From: Adineta vaga
Taxonomy: Eukaryota > Animalia > Rotifera
DNA length: 64,000 bases
Direction: 5' to 3'
NCBI GenBank assembly: GCA_021613535.1
Contig: CP075497.1
Coordinates: 9,300,001 to 9,364,000 of the forward strand
The notes under the pieces are model-generated. The model searched no databases and was not told the origin of the DNA. It worked only from the letters and a program-made list of their open reading frames with translations. Below, one piece after another: positions 33,001 to 45,944 of the stretch. A program made the position numbers and the translations under genes. How positions within the stretch are numbered: the first letter of the stretch is position 1; every line of letters starts with the position of its first letter.

Positions 33001-33719
33001 ATCTTGAACCAGTTGTTGGAGCAGTCAATTACAATCACAACAGCTTAACTCCTTTTTCGTAAGTTTGTTTTTTCTCCCTAGCGGATATGTATCTAGCTTC
33101 TAAAAAATCAAGCTCAATATGACTTTGCAATACACTACATGCATGTTTATAAAACGCACATATATATGAAATCTCATGTATCTAAAGATTTCTTTGATTC
33201 GAATAGTAATGTGTTCGAAAGAAACGTTCGTCGACTATTTGTAGAAGTTACCATATTACTCATAAACTTAGAATGGGAATTAACGCATGCTAAAAGATCG
33301 ATTGTCGTTCTTTTTTCCCCTTAAATTTTCTCCAAGATGGGTGCTTAGTTGTATTAATATCTTTGTGAAAATGAGATGTATTGCTTTTTTCTTCATCAAT
33401 AACTTTATATTTATTCGTTCATACTTTGTTTTAGACCACGAACAGCGGAAATGATATCTGTACTTAAAGCATTAAGTACATTAATTGGTGCATTAAAACG
33501 TGCACCAAAAGATTCAGGTATGAATTTTTGAATATTTTAAATTATCAATAGAATTCATCTTATTTTCTAGTGGAAATTACAATATGGCATCAATTAATCG
33601 CCTTATATCCATGTTTAGTTGAATGTACAACATCACCATCGCAACAAATTTGTAACGCAATTAAAGATACACTTCATCAATACTTTTCACTTTTAACACC
33701 GCCACCTTCGATTCGATAA
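27016..33719 (+). CDS. MON2: Protein MON2 homolog (endosome-to-Golgi trafficking scaffold)
   Basis: [139 protein letters not shown]. Contains polyQ (CAA) tracts and one apparent frameshift at 32415. Confidence 0.95.
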
Positions 33720-34470
33720 GAAGAAAAATGAACTAAAATCATAACCTTAGGCCCGGTTTTATTCTTATAAACTTGACTCATATAATTCTATTTTCTATGT
33801 GTCTATGTATGTAACAGGTTGTCTGTACTATTACCTTCTTGATCTGTCTCTCTCTCTCTTTCTTTTCATTTTGTTCGAAATCTCATTTTCGAAATGATGT
33901 GCTCTTCTTCGCATTTTCTTTTCTTTGCTCTTATTCGTTCGTTCGTTCGTTCGTTCATTTATTTATTTATTATAACTTCAAATTCCATAATTTGTTATTA
34001 TCTATAAAACAAAAATTCTTTATTAACAACAAACATAGAGCACATATACATAAATCCTATTCACTTGTTTTTCATTTGTCGATCATTCAAAGAACAATAA
34101 CATGATTGTTTATATTAATTGATTTTCTTTTCTGTAGATATTCATTTTAGTATTATCATCTCTGAGGAAGAAGTACAATCTAAGGTATGTCATAAGCGGA
34201 TTATAAACAGACTGTCTGTTAACAATTCTGTTTAGTAGTGAATAAACAACGTAGTTGAAAACATGTCAATTCATTTGTAATATTCATACAACAAGCTAGT
34301 TGTTCCCTTTTGTTCTCAATTCAATATCAATAACTTCTTTAAATATTCAAAATGAATCTTTTATGTACTAATCACTTTTCCTTGTAGAAATAATCAAAAC
34401 TTCCTTTCAAAAAGCGAAACAATAGATACGATTGTTCTTCTTCTAATTGATTCTTTTTCCATTTCTGCAG

Positions 34471-37265
34471 ATGTCTGACTACGATGATGATGACATGGAT
34501 GAAGCACCTAATTATGACAAGATGCGCGGTATGGGTTTCATTTGTTGGCGTGAAATACCTGGAACAAATGATGGCAATGTATATCATATTTTAATTTCTT
34601 TCGCATAGAATATCTCTATGATTTTTCATTATTTAGAATGATAATGAAGATGATGATGATACTCAAGTGAATAATAAGAAGAAAAATAAGAAGAAAAAAC
34701 GGAAAATTGAAGAAACTGAAACGGAACAAGAAATTATTGAAACGCCTATTAAAAGTGAAACTCTAATTTGAATTTTGTATAATATTTCATTGATGAATAT
34801 ATTATTTTCAGAAACTAAAACAAAGAAAACGAAGAAGAAGAAGAAAAAGAACAAACGTTCAAATGAAACAAATGCTACATCAGCACTTCAAGTAAATGAT
34901 GAGAATAAACAACAACAAGAAGGAGAAGAAGAAGTGGAAACAACTTCTTCAAAAGATGAAATTGGTAAAAATAACTACTTATTTTATCAATAAATTTACC
35001 TTTATATATAAAAAATAGAAGTGGCGAAAAAAGTTTGGTCTGATCTTCATGTCTCTGAAAACATCATCCGTTCATTAGTTGAACAAAAATTTCTCGATCC
35101 AACTCCTATACAACGTTTGACTTTACCTGCTGCTATTCGTGATCATCAAGATATTATCGGTGCTGCTGAAACAGTACGTCTATTTTCATTTTGTTTAGTT
35201 AAAAATTCTTCTAAAAATATTTAGGGCAGTGGAAAAACATTAGCTTTTGCTCTTCCAATTCTGACGCATATGAATCAATTATTAGAAGATAATGAAGTAA
35301 GCTCAATAGATTACATTCAATAAATCAAACAAATTATTCTTTAGATATCTTATGGACAATTTATCACTTTAATTCTCACACCAACACGTGAATTAGCTGT
35401 TCAAATCAAAACTCATATACAAATTGCTTGTCGTTATACAAAATTAAAAGTAAAAGACGACATACATAAACACATGTTTCTATATTTAAATGAATTTAGA
35501 CTGCTGTCGTTGTGGGTGGTATGTCAACACAAAAACAAGAACGTTTATTATCACAAAAACCTGAAATTATCGTCGCTACACCTGGTCGATTTTGGGAATT
35601 ATTAGAAGAAGTAAAATCTTTTTTAACAAAGAAATCTTATTTTTCAATTGAAACTTTAGAACAATGAACATATTACTAATATGTCCAATCTTCGATTTTT
35701 GGCTGTTGATGAAACTGATCGAATGATTGAAAAGGGTCATTTTGAAGAGTTGGAAAAAATCCTCAAGTTAATCAATAAGTAAACTCATCTTGTTTTTTCT
35801 TTTAATCATTCTAATCTTTGATTTAATTAGTGATGATAATAATCAATCACGTCAGAAATTTATTTTCTCGGCAACACTTATGTTACAGCCGACGGATGAT
35901 AATGAAAACAAGAAGAAACAAAAGAAAAAAGGAGATAATCAAGATAAACTTGGTTTGTTTACAAAGAAAATCTAATCTTTTATTATATTTGATTTACATT
36001 GTATTTTAGCAACGTTAATTTCCGCTGTTGGAATGAATGCTAAACCTAAGATAATTGATTTGACAAAACAATTCGGAACAGCAGAAAAATTAACTGAAGC
36101 TCGAGTCAATTGTTCATTAGAAGATAAAGTTTGTTTTTGACAAAAATCAAAAATCATATTGATTTGAATGAGAATTTCTTTTCTTAGGATTTATATCTAT
36201 ATTATTTTCTAACATTATATACCGGTCGAACGTTGATCTTTACGAATAGTATCGATTGTATCAAACGTTTACAATCAATTCTAACATTATTGAGAAGAAA
36301 TCCATTGCCATTACACGCTCAAATGGAACAAAAACAACGTTTGAGTAATTTAGAAAAATTTTCAAGTAAATTAATTTGAAATAAAAACAACAATGAATCA
36401 TTATAAGTTTCTTTTGAAATCAATAGAATCACCGAATGGATTATTACTCGCAACAGATGTTGCTGCACGTGGTTTAGATATTCCAAATATTAATCATATC
36501 ATTCATTATCAAGTACCACGATCAACACAGGTAAAACGAAATTCATTCTTTTATTTATTTATTTTTTTCTTTGTAATTAGTTATATATTCATCGTAGTGG
36601 TCGAACAGCTCGTGCTGAACGTGAAGGTTTAAGTGTGATGTTCATTTCTCCTGAAGAATTATTTCTCTATCGAAAAATAATCAAAACACTAAATCGAGGT
36701 AGAATTTCAAACGTTTATTTTTTCATCAGTAATCAATTATTCTTTTTTTCTTCTTTTCAGATGAAGATCTTCAAGTCTTTCCTGTTGATATTACAAATCT
36801 AACAAGTGTCAAACGACGTGTTCGTCTCGCTACAGAAATTTCTAAACTACATCATCAAGTAGCGAAAGTTGCAAATGAAACCAATTGGTATCATAAAGCA
36901 GCAAAAGAATTAGACATCGAATTAGATGATAATATTCAGTAAGATTATTTGTACATCTTCTTTTATGTTTGTATTATTGGAATAAATTATAGGGATATTG
37001 AAAAAGCTAGACGAACAAGTACAAAAGATACTCAAACGAAAGAAATGCAATTACGCCATGAACTTGATACATTATTAAAACAATCATTCAAATTTACATC
37101 AGCATTAAGTGTAAGTCATTCATATCCACTTCTATTTGGTGATCCTGATCAATTAGCATCAAGACGAAGTAAGAGAAGAAATTTATATTTGATTGATCGA
37201 TTGACTTTTTCTTTCGTTTAGAAAATGGTATGACGGCATTAGAAGAATTGAAACATCGATCATAA
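34471..37265 (+). CDS. DDX24: DEAD-box RNA helicase DDX24 (MAK5-like)
   Basis: PTPIQ Q-motif, [82 protein letters not shown]. Confidence 0.93.
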
Positions 37266-37361
37266 AATGTCATTTTTTGTTTTGTTTTTTTGTTCGTTCT
37301 CTCTTTCTTTCTCTCTATTCGTTGTTGGTTAATAAAGAGAAGAAGACGAAGAAGAAGAAAA

Positions 37362-37500
37362 AAATGTCACACACTTCTGATGATGGATGACTGAACACCA
37401 CGGGAAGTCATGTAGTTGTATTGTTTGTCTCATGCACTCGAAAACGCAGTAGGCTATCTGAGCACTGTCCACTTGAGCTCATTACTACCTGCAGGCGATG
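37362..37500 (-). ncRNA. Candidate structured ncRNA (H/ACA snoRNA-like layout)
   Basis: GC-enriched island. On the minus strand: hairpin 37492-37446, ANANNA box AGACAA at 37430-37425, second stem ATGAC/GTCAT, then ACA-TTT at 37367-37362. Confidence 0.3.
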
Positions 37501-37615
37501 GAAGAAGAAAAAAATCCGTTTTCTTTTCAATGAATAACGTAATAAACTATATTTATTTAAGGTTTTTTAAACACACGAAAACAAAAATAGAAGAAAAGGT
37601 TTGAATATGAAAGTT

Positions 37616-38284
37616 TTATTGTAATGGTTTTGAAACACCGCATAATGCATGTAGTTGAGAAAGTTGATAGCGAAGTGCTTGATTTTCCATCATCAAACGT
37701 GCATTTTCTTGTTCTAAGCAAGATAAACGTTCTTGAGTTAATTGTTCTTTTTGGCGACGTGCATCACGGGAACGTTTGGCTGATTCATTATTACGTGCTC
37801 GTTTTTCATAATAAGCATTATCTTTTTGTTCAAGTGGAACTGCACGAGCACGTTTCTTGAATGGTAATGATGGACAAAGTTCATTTTGTCCATAATCTTG
37901 TTTGAAATGATGATGCATTTTCTGTCCATTGGCCGACGCTGTTATATCACCTAAAATTGATGTTGATGGTGATTCAGATGTTTGACTATCTTCATTAAGA
38001 TTGTTATTTTCATCTTCATCAATATCACTTCGTGGTCGTTTAAGATTGTTAGTGTGTGAAGATAGATCAAGTCCAGTACTATAACCACTATAGGATAATA
38101 AATGTGCCGAGCTGTTGTTTGATGATGGACTACTTGATGAAGTATTTGCACCAATGGAATCATTTAAATAATGATGTGGATGATGAAGTGACATTCCATA
38201 ATCAGATTTTCGTTGTGCTGTTGGTGCATAGGATAAAAAGGAGGGATATACATTTGAATGATGAGGATAAACCGAAGTATGCAT
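37616..38284 (-). CDS. PAR/CES-2-like bZIP transcription factor; single coding exon with spliced 5' UTR
   Basis: RAVPLEQKDNAYYEKRARNNESAKRSRDARRQKE basic region followed by a leucine zipper (LEQENARL..NQALRYQL). Confidence 0.9.
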   Translation of the reverse strand: MHTSVYPHHSNVYPSFLSYAPTAQRKSDYGMSLHHPHHYLNDSIGANTSSSSPSSNNSSAHLLSYSGYSTGLDLSSHTNNLKRPRSDIDEDENNNLNEDSQTSESPSTSILGDITASANGQKMHHHFKQDYGQNELCPSLPFKKRARAVPLEQKDNAYYEKRARNNESAKRSRDARRQKEQLTQERLSCLEQENARLMMENQALRYQLSQLHALCGVSKPLQ

Positions 38285-41200
38285 GATTGATAATTAACCT
38301 AGAAAATTATTAAAGATTAACATTGAGGAATAATAAAGTAAAGGAAAATCTTTTTTTCTTTGATTAATTTTACCACCCATTGATCTTTGACATCGACGAA
38401 TTGAATAGATAGATTAATAGAATATATGATATGTACTTACTTTATATTTGCTTCTTTCGTTTACTTATGAAACAAATAATCTTTAGAGTTTGTATCTTAC
38501 GTCAGACTTTGGCTTAGAATTACGCGATATTTGTTATTGTTGTTGTTGTTGCTCAATGTGCGCGTGCTTGAACAGTTGTGTTGCGTTAAACTTAAGAGTT
38601 TTGCTGATATCAATTGTTAGCGAACGAGAGCAAGAGAGAGAGAAAAAGAGAGAGAAACGAGAAATAATTCTCTCTCTCGTTCCACCTTGACCTTGAGATT
38701 ACGTGTTCATCGTCTCGCCACCGCCCGCTTTCCTCTTTTCGATTACGAAATTCAACCAACCCAATATCGTTAAACATCAACATAATTTCTTTTAAGAAAC
38801 CGATTGGTTTACTTACGTCATTTCTTGACCGTTGTTCAAGAGAGCGAAAGAGAGATTGAAAGCGGGAGAGAGGGAGAGTTATCTCGGATTAACTATCGGT
38901 CATTGGATAAGACAAATATTCTTGTCTTCATGACAACTTTTCGTATCAAACCGAAAGAAGAGAAAGAAACTACTGATCAATTAGTTGTTAAAAATGGCAC
39001 TTCATTGATGACTTGTCAAAAAAAACAACGGATAATAAGAAAAAGGAACGAAGTTGAACTTATCAAACAATTAGATACGATAGAGAGAAAACTAATCATT
39101 TCATAATTTAACCAACCATAACAGGAAATGATTCTATGGAACATATTTTGTTTTTCGTCTTAGATTTGTGAAATTCAAATAGAATATTTTCCGTATCACA
39201 TCCGATGGAAAAAAATAACATTTCCACCAGTTTGATCTGTATGAAACAAATTGATTACATAAGTGACAAACTGACCGACAGAGATGTGAACAGTCAATAT
39301 ATCAAGCGTAAATAGTGAATTGCAGCGATTGAGCTGCTGTCACTGTATTTCACACATTGGATAACTTTTCTTTTTTATCGTTCGATTCCAGATGGGATTT
39401 TCAATTATCGATTGAGTAATCTTACGTATATATTTACACACCTTGTTCAGTCGCGGTTATCAATAAGTGTGGATGTTTCTCGCGCATTTACATGTATATA
39501 TCTGCAACGAATAAGATTTGCCGCGCGAGACTTGTCGTTTATGCAATTAGTCAGCAGGATAGACAAGCTTTAAAAAAGTCATTTGAGATAATGCATGAGC
39601 TAAATTAAATGTATGTACGTATGTATGTACGTATGAATGGATAAATGTGTGTGACAATAAAAATTTATTTTTGCTTCATGTCTAGAGTAATCAAAAAGCA
39701 ATTGTCGAATGCCTGAGAGAATAAGGATTTATTCGTGCTCATTTGCCAGTCGTAATAACATATGTCAGAGGTTAGTGACGTGAAGATATCAAAATGTGAA
39801 ATTATCCCTGAGGATAAAGATTTGAAAACTAAAAATTTAAATTTTAAATTAATCTCGTTTTTCCGGATAATTTAGAGATATAAGATATCATTCTTTTGAA
39901 TTTGTTCGTTTCTCATCCTTACGGATTGACAAGTGTATGTGCTCTTTTTTTTCTTCTCTTGTTCAAACGCGCCAAATTGCGTTGCTCGAATGATCAGAGA
40001 CATACATTGACATATCAATCACGCTAATACGCCTTTCGTTTGGTCACACTTAACTAAGCCTTTTTTCCTCTCGTTTTCTTTATTCCTCTTAACTGACCGT
40101 TCGAAACGTTTCCTCATTCCGTTTCATTGCACACACACATGTACATATGAAGCAAGAATAAAATTCGGTCAAGTATGTAGAGATGAAGCCAACAAAACGG
40201 AAGAAAAAAAACGTTCATCTCCCTCTGGAGATCATTAGGAAGGCTTAACTTCTAAATATTATGATTTAAATCAAAAGCAAAACACATCAAACTGTTTTTT
40301 TTTTGCGTCAGTCTAATTGATATTTTCAATCGATAAGTATTCACAGCGGGAGCTGTCGATCATCAATAGACAACCAAGTATTCCCTGATCTCGTTGTCAA
40401 AACCAGACATAAACGCACACACACACCGTACGAAATGACAATCAAGAAAGGTTGATTTTCCACTTGATGATACCGCATGCTTTTCATCTGTAGTTCATTT
40501 TGATTTTATTACATTTTCATAAACTTGAACAAGATATGCAAATGAACAAAAATTCCCATCAATAAAATCAAATATTTGCTAAAATCAATGCCTTAAGGAA
40601 AACATGAATTTCATCAATATCTAATTGCAATGTTAATGATCATATTTTCTGATTAGTTTGACAGGAGAAAATAAAGAAAACAAGTTAGTTGCTCGTGTGA
40701 TAAGCATTTGGTGTCAACGTTGATATGAAATGACAAACATATGGAAAGTAATTGAAGCGTAGATAGTCTTTATGTCATAATGTGAAAAGAAAAATAAATA
40801 ATTGAACATATTTTCGAGTCATGCAGAGAGTCTCATCAGTTATGAAAATAGACAATATGAAGGACGAATGATTATTCGTTTTCTATTCAATGTTTAGAAA
40901 AAAGCTTAGAAAATCTGATCTCTTCACACGCTGTTTTCTCAAGGTCAATATACTTTTAACGATGTGATCGAATTGCGTTCTTCTCTCATTCATTCATTTC
41001 CTGTTAATGCTTCTTTCTTTTTTTTCGTTTTCGTTTACTTGAATCAACAGCACGCAATGTCCACATACATACAAATGATCAAATAAATATGTGTATACGA
41101 GCGACTTTATAATGATTTTCATCACGCTCATACCTCCTTTCCAATTTGTAAAATGAGATTTTCTTCTTTTCCATTTTAAATAGGTGCGAATAATTTTACT

Positions 41201-42184
41201 CTTCTGTCTCTTATCGGAAGATCTGATCAATGAATAATCATTCGTTTTGCCAAAATTGACAGGCTATTTTTAATTGAATGAAACTAAAGAAAAATGTCTA
41301 TATGTGTGCTCGTGCGCGCCCATGAGCACAAAACTGTAATTGAAAAAGAAAGATCAAACATCGACACGGCAGGGCTTCAGGTGATGACAGGAAGAGAGCG
41401 ATCATGGGTTTGTCACCTAACATCAGTCATTGCCGACTACATTCATCATTTGAGATAGCAAATCTTTCTCTTCTCGATCTGCTCTATTACATTAACACTT
41501 GTTCTCAAAAAATTTCGATTAAGACAAAAATAAATGTAGAGAAACGATAAAATGGAATGTTCAGCTTGATATGTTAATATATGTATATATACATGCACAT
41601 ACATAAGCAAATTGCTTGATCAATAATAATAACAAGCTCGACGATATCTATGAGAGACATCATCAACAACATCGAACGGATAAATAAAGCTCATCATCTA
41701 TCATGCTGTGAAATGTACGAAAAGTCAATAGCTTGTTTTGCACATTGAAATCACTTGAGATATTTTATCAGTGAAATATTTCGTTCGTATATTTAGAAAA
41801 GAAACAATCTTCCTTTTTTTTCTTTTCTTCGATAATTAACCTAGTTTATGACGTCGATGGTTTATTTTATGATGTGTTCATTAGCATAAATAAAAACAAA
41901 AAGGATTCTCAACGTGCGAAAAAGAACATGCATAAAATAGTTTTTCTTCTCAATTATTGATGAAATTTCTTGATTATTAATCTACCCCGACTAAATAAAT
42001 GTATATTCAGTTCTTTCTAATCACATTATCAATCGTTACATTGAATTTGAGAACAAAAGAAAAAAGTAATTTTTATACATTCAAATGCAACCGATCCGTA
42101 AAAGAAATGTTATTTATTTTTACACACAAAAGACGTGTTAACAAACTACGACACACTAAAAACAGCAAACTACAATTTAGTCTT

Positions 42185-44950
42185 TTATTCAACCAATTGA
42201 TTTCGTAAATGTTCCAGTATCGCTTGTGTACCTTTCGCTATTGTTGCTGGTCGTGGTAATTTGAATGGATTACCTAAAAAATCAAAGTTATAACTTTCTT
42301 CAATACACGTATAAATGATTGACCTGTGACATCAAGTGATTTCAGTGATGTACATTTACTTAATTCAGCTGGTAATCGTTGAATATTATTATTTCGTACA
42401 TTAAAAGTACATAAGGTTGTCGAAATCTTAACGATACCTTGAGGATCAAGTTCAACCAATTGATTATCATTAGCAAGAATTTCTTGAATATGTTTTAGTT
42501 CATAGAGAACAGATGGTAATCGAACAAATCTAATGAATATAGTTGAAAACGATTTTTTTCGTTTTATCAGTACAATATATATACTTATTCATCGATAGAT
42601 TTATAATTTGTAAATGATCGAGCGAGCTCAATTCAACTGGAAGATCTGTCAAACGATTTGTACTAATAACAGCAAAATGATATGTTAAGTCTATGGAATA
42701 GTTTCTTATTACCTTAAGTCTAGGAATCTTAATTCTTTTAATTGAGCAACTTGTGAATTGAGTTGTAATAAACCATTTGCTGACATGTCCAAATGAAGTA
42801 AACATTCAGATAACTTTACCAATCTACATGCATGCGCAAATAAGATATTTTTCTTTGAGAAGAAAAGAAACTCTTTCCATATCACCATATTGTTAAAAAA
42901 AAACATTCCCGTCACCGTTATTTCGAATAGGTTGAACTACATGCATATTCACTACAAAATCTCACCTTTTCATACTTTCACGGACTAACTTTCGAAACAG
43001 ATGGACTTTTATCGTTCAAATTCAGAGAATAACTTACACATTTGGCATTTCTGTAAATTTATTTTTCGATAAATTCACATGGGATGGTTTTTCTTTCGAA
43101 ATAAGTTCAATTGATTCATCCGATAGAGTTGATACATTTTTATGACTAGAATTAAAATTGAATGATCAGATTGATACAATTACTATCGTTTTCTACCTAA
43201 GATCAAATGTTCCAGTACTTCGTACAACATGATGTTCTGTGTATAGACGACGTTTTCTTTCATCTTCAGTTTCGACTGGTTTTGGAATATCAAATGTTTT
43301 CTGAACTTCACCACTACCATCACCACCACTGCCATCATCCACGGTTAATCGATTTCGAAGATATTTCATAATTGCGTCTGTTCCAAGCTAAACATAGATC
43401 ATAAATAATCATTTTCTCGATACTCTTTCGACTTACACGAATAACATCTTTACGAATCTTTCCTAAAGGATTGCCAATGACACTGATATTTTTCATTTTT
43501 TTATTCAAAGCAATTTTTGAAGGTAAACTAAATGATATTATAAGAATAAGAATAATAAAGTTTTACTGAAATAGCATATACATACTCTGCAAGATCATTA
43601 TTTGTGACATCAAGTCTTTCTAAGTTTGGTAAGAGCGCTATTTGATCTGGTAGAAGTCGTATTTTATTACCACGAACATTGAGAGAGATCAATGATAAGA
43701 GTGATTCCAGATGATTATCAGTTATTTCAGTCAACTGATTATCTGCTAAATGAATTTCCTAGAAAATAGAATCAAGAATAAATATCTCCTTGTGATTACA
43801 AAAAATTTTGATGTACCTTTAATCTAGCACATTGATTAAAACATGGAAAAATCGTTAATCGATTCGAATTCGCATGGATTTCCTCAAGATTAATTAAATC
43901 TCCAAAACTTTCAGGTAATTGCGTCAATTGGTTATGACTGATGTCTAATGAACGAAGATCTATTCACAACAAAGATTCATGTATTCAATGTGTTTTAGAT
44001 AAAGCTGAATAGTTATACTGTAGAGAGCTCCAAATTCATTCGGAAGAGCACGAAGACGATTTTTTGCAAGTGTTAGTTTGGTTAATTTTGTTAAATAACC
44101 GAGTTGTTTTGGAAAGATTTCAAATTCATTCTCCGATAAATCCTAAACAGAAATAAAATCGATCAAAAGAATCTCGCATGATTGATGACAGACTAGTTCT
44201 TGAAGATAGGAAAGATCACCAATTTTATTTGATAATTTGGTGAGCTGATTACGTGATAGATTTAAATATAGAAGTGACGAACAATAGAAGAGTCCATCTG
44301 GTAATATTGTTAATTGATTCTGACTAAGAACAAGTTTTTCTAATACTCTCAGACGTCGTATAGAATCAGGTATAGAAGTTAATTTATTATTATGAACCTA
44401 GAGCGAAGAAGAAAAAAAAGGTAAGGTATGAGTCGATGAAATCAGAAAGGAAACACATACATTAAGAACAAGTAAATAATCTAATAATTCAATTTCATTG
44501 GGCAGAGTAACCAATAAATTTGATGATAAATCAAGTGTTTTCAGTGGTTCGCGTGTCCACCAACCTTCTGGATTACTTTGATTAAAATCGGGTATTTTTG
44601 TCTTTGGACGTTGTTGATTTTCATCTTCAACAATTTCATCTTGAAAGATCTCTGTAGGAACTGAAGAAAACCATCATTTAATTCCATATAGATATATCGA
44701 TCATGAATTTACCTTCAGTTAAACCACGTGATGCTAAATTAAGTATACCATTTGTACGTGATCCTTTAATTAGTTTAAGTAGATAACTACGTGGTACTTG
44801 CTGACCACTGGCAATCAAATATTCAGTATCATTTACATCATTAGAAAGCGCAAGATTATTAGCACGTTTTTCGATTCCTCGAACTGACCGATTTGTCGTA
44901 GACGAAGGTCGAAGAGGTGGCTGTCGTTTCGTAGATGACGAAGACGCCAT
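42185..44950 (-). CDS. LRRC40: Leucine-rich repeat-containing protein 40
   Basis: N-terminal KLIKGSRTNGILNLASRGLTEVP and GWW..LKTLDLSSN; two LRR blocks ending GNPLGKIRKDVI..GTDAIMKYLRNRL and GNPFKLPRPATIAKGTQAILEHLRNQL*. Confidence 0.88.
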
Positions 44951-44993
44951 TTATATCTAGAATAACAAAAAAAAAAGTTAACATCGAATACAG

Positions 44994-45944
44994 TTATAAA
45001 GAAAGTGGTGGTGGATCTTCTCCTTCGTCAACTTCTTCTCGTCGTTCATGAATTTCAGCGCATGGTTCCGGATCATCAGGATGATTCGGTGAGATAGTTT
45101 TTGGTATGTCATCATCATCATCATCATCATCATCACCGTCATCCTCTGTTACAGCTTGTTGTTTTCTTTTCGGTATATTTTGTTCAAAAGCTTTCTTCCA
45201 ATCTCCTAATTGAATATAATTCAAAAGTATTTCCATAACATGATTACACGCCAGTACACGACGTGTATTCAATTTAATAAATTCATCAATTGGTAAACGT
45301 GCATGTCGCCATTTATTTGCCACAGCTAATTGATAACATAAACCTTTGCGTGAATTATGATCAACAATACCACCAATAATATAAACCGTTCGTTCATCAA
45401 GTGGTTCAGTACTACTTAGAACATTTTCTGATTCACTTGTTAAATAAAGTATATCATCATGAGGAAAGACTTCTTCTAATGGTTCATTTCGTAAATGAAT
45501 ATCCCAATTTTTTGCACTATTTACTACTAGACGTTTCTCTAATTGACCATCAACATTAGTAATATAAAATTGACATGGTGCTGATAGACGACGATTTGAT
45601 GAATAACAAAAAGCAATTTGTTTTTGAAGACTACCAATATCTTTATCGTTCATCATAGAATCATAACGACAATCAATACAAATTCGTATACGACAAGATG
45701 AATTTTCCATTCGATTATTTTTTAGACTATTACGAGAGATCAATGAGTTTTCATCAGCATTTTTCAATTTATCAATACGACGTTGTTTTTGTTTTGCTTT
45801 TTCTTCTTTTCGTTTGGATTTTCGTCGTTCAAGCATTAATTCATAACGTTTTTGTTTACGTTGTTGATTTTTAGAGATTTTTGAAGGTTTATCGGCATCT
45901 TCTACCGTTGTTGCAGTCGATATTGGTTCTTCTTCGTTTGACAT
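44994..45944 (-). CDS. TRMT10A: tRNA m1G9 methyltransferase TRMT10A; intronless CDS
   Basis: SPOUT-family motifs SLQKQIAFCYSSNRR, YLTSES, YIIGGIVDHN, ARLPIDEFI, RRVLACNHVMEIL, IPKRK. True ATG likely 45944, after an acceptor. Confidence 0.93.
   Translation of the reverse strand: MSNEEEPISTATTVEDADKPSKISKNQQRKQKRYELMLERRKSKRKEEKAKQKQRRIDKLKNADENSLISRNSLKNNRMENSSCRIRICIDCRYDSMMNDKDIGSLQKQIAFCYSSNRRLSAPCQFYITNVDGQLEKRLVVNSAKNWDIHLRNEPLEEVFPHDDILYLTSESENVLSSTEPLDERTVYIIGGIVDHNSRKGLCYQLAVANKWRHARLPIDEFIKLNTRRVLACNHVMEILLNYIQLGDWKKAFEQNIPKRKQQAVTEDDGDDDDDDDDDIPKTISPNHPDDPEPCAEIHERREEVDEGEDPPPLSL

Noticed and set aside
37446-37492. SECIS element or let-7 precursor
   Set aside because: No proper helix II above an AUGA/GA core, no in-frame TGA in adjacent genes, and the seed is CAGGTAG rather than GAGGTAG.
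38490-42208. Short ORFs in the large intergenic region and antisense ORFs over real genes
   Set aside because: Low complexity, non-ATG starts or shadow frames, with no domain signal.
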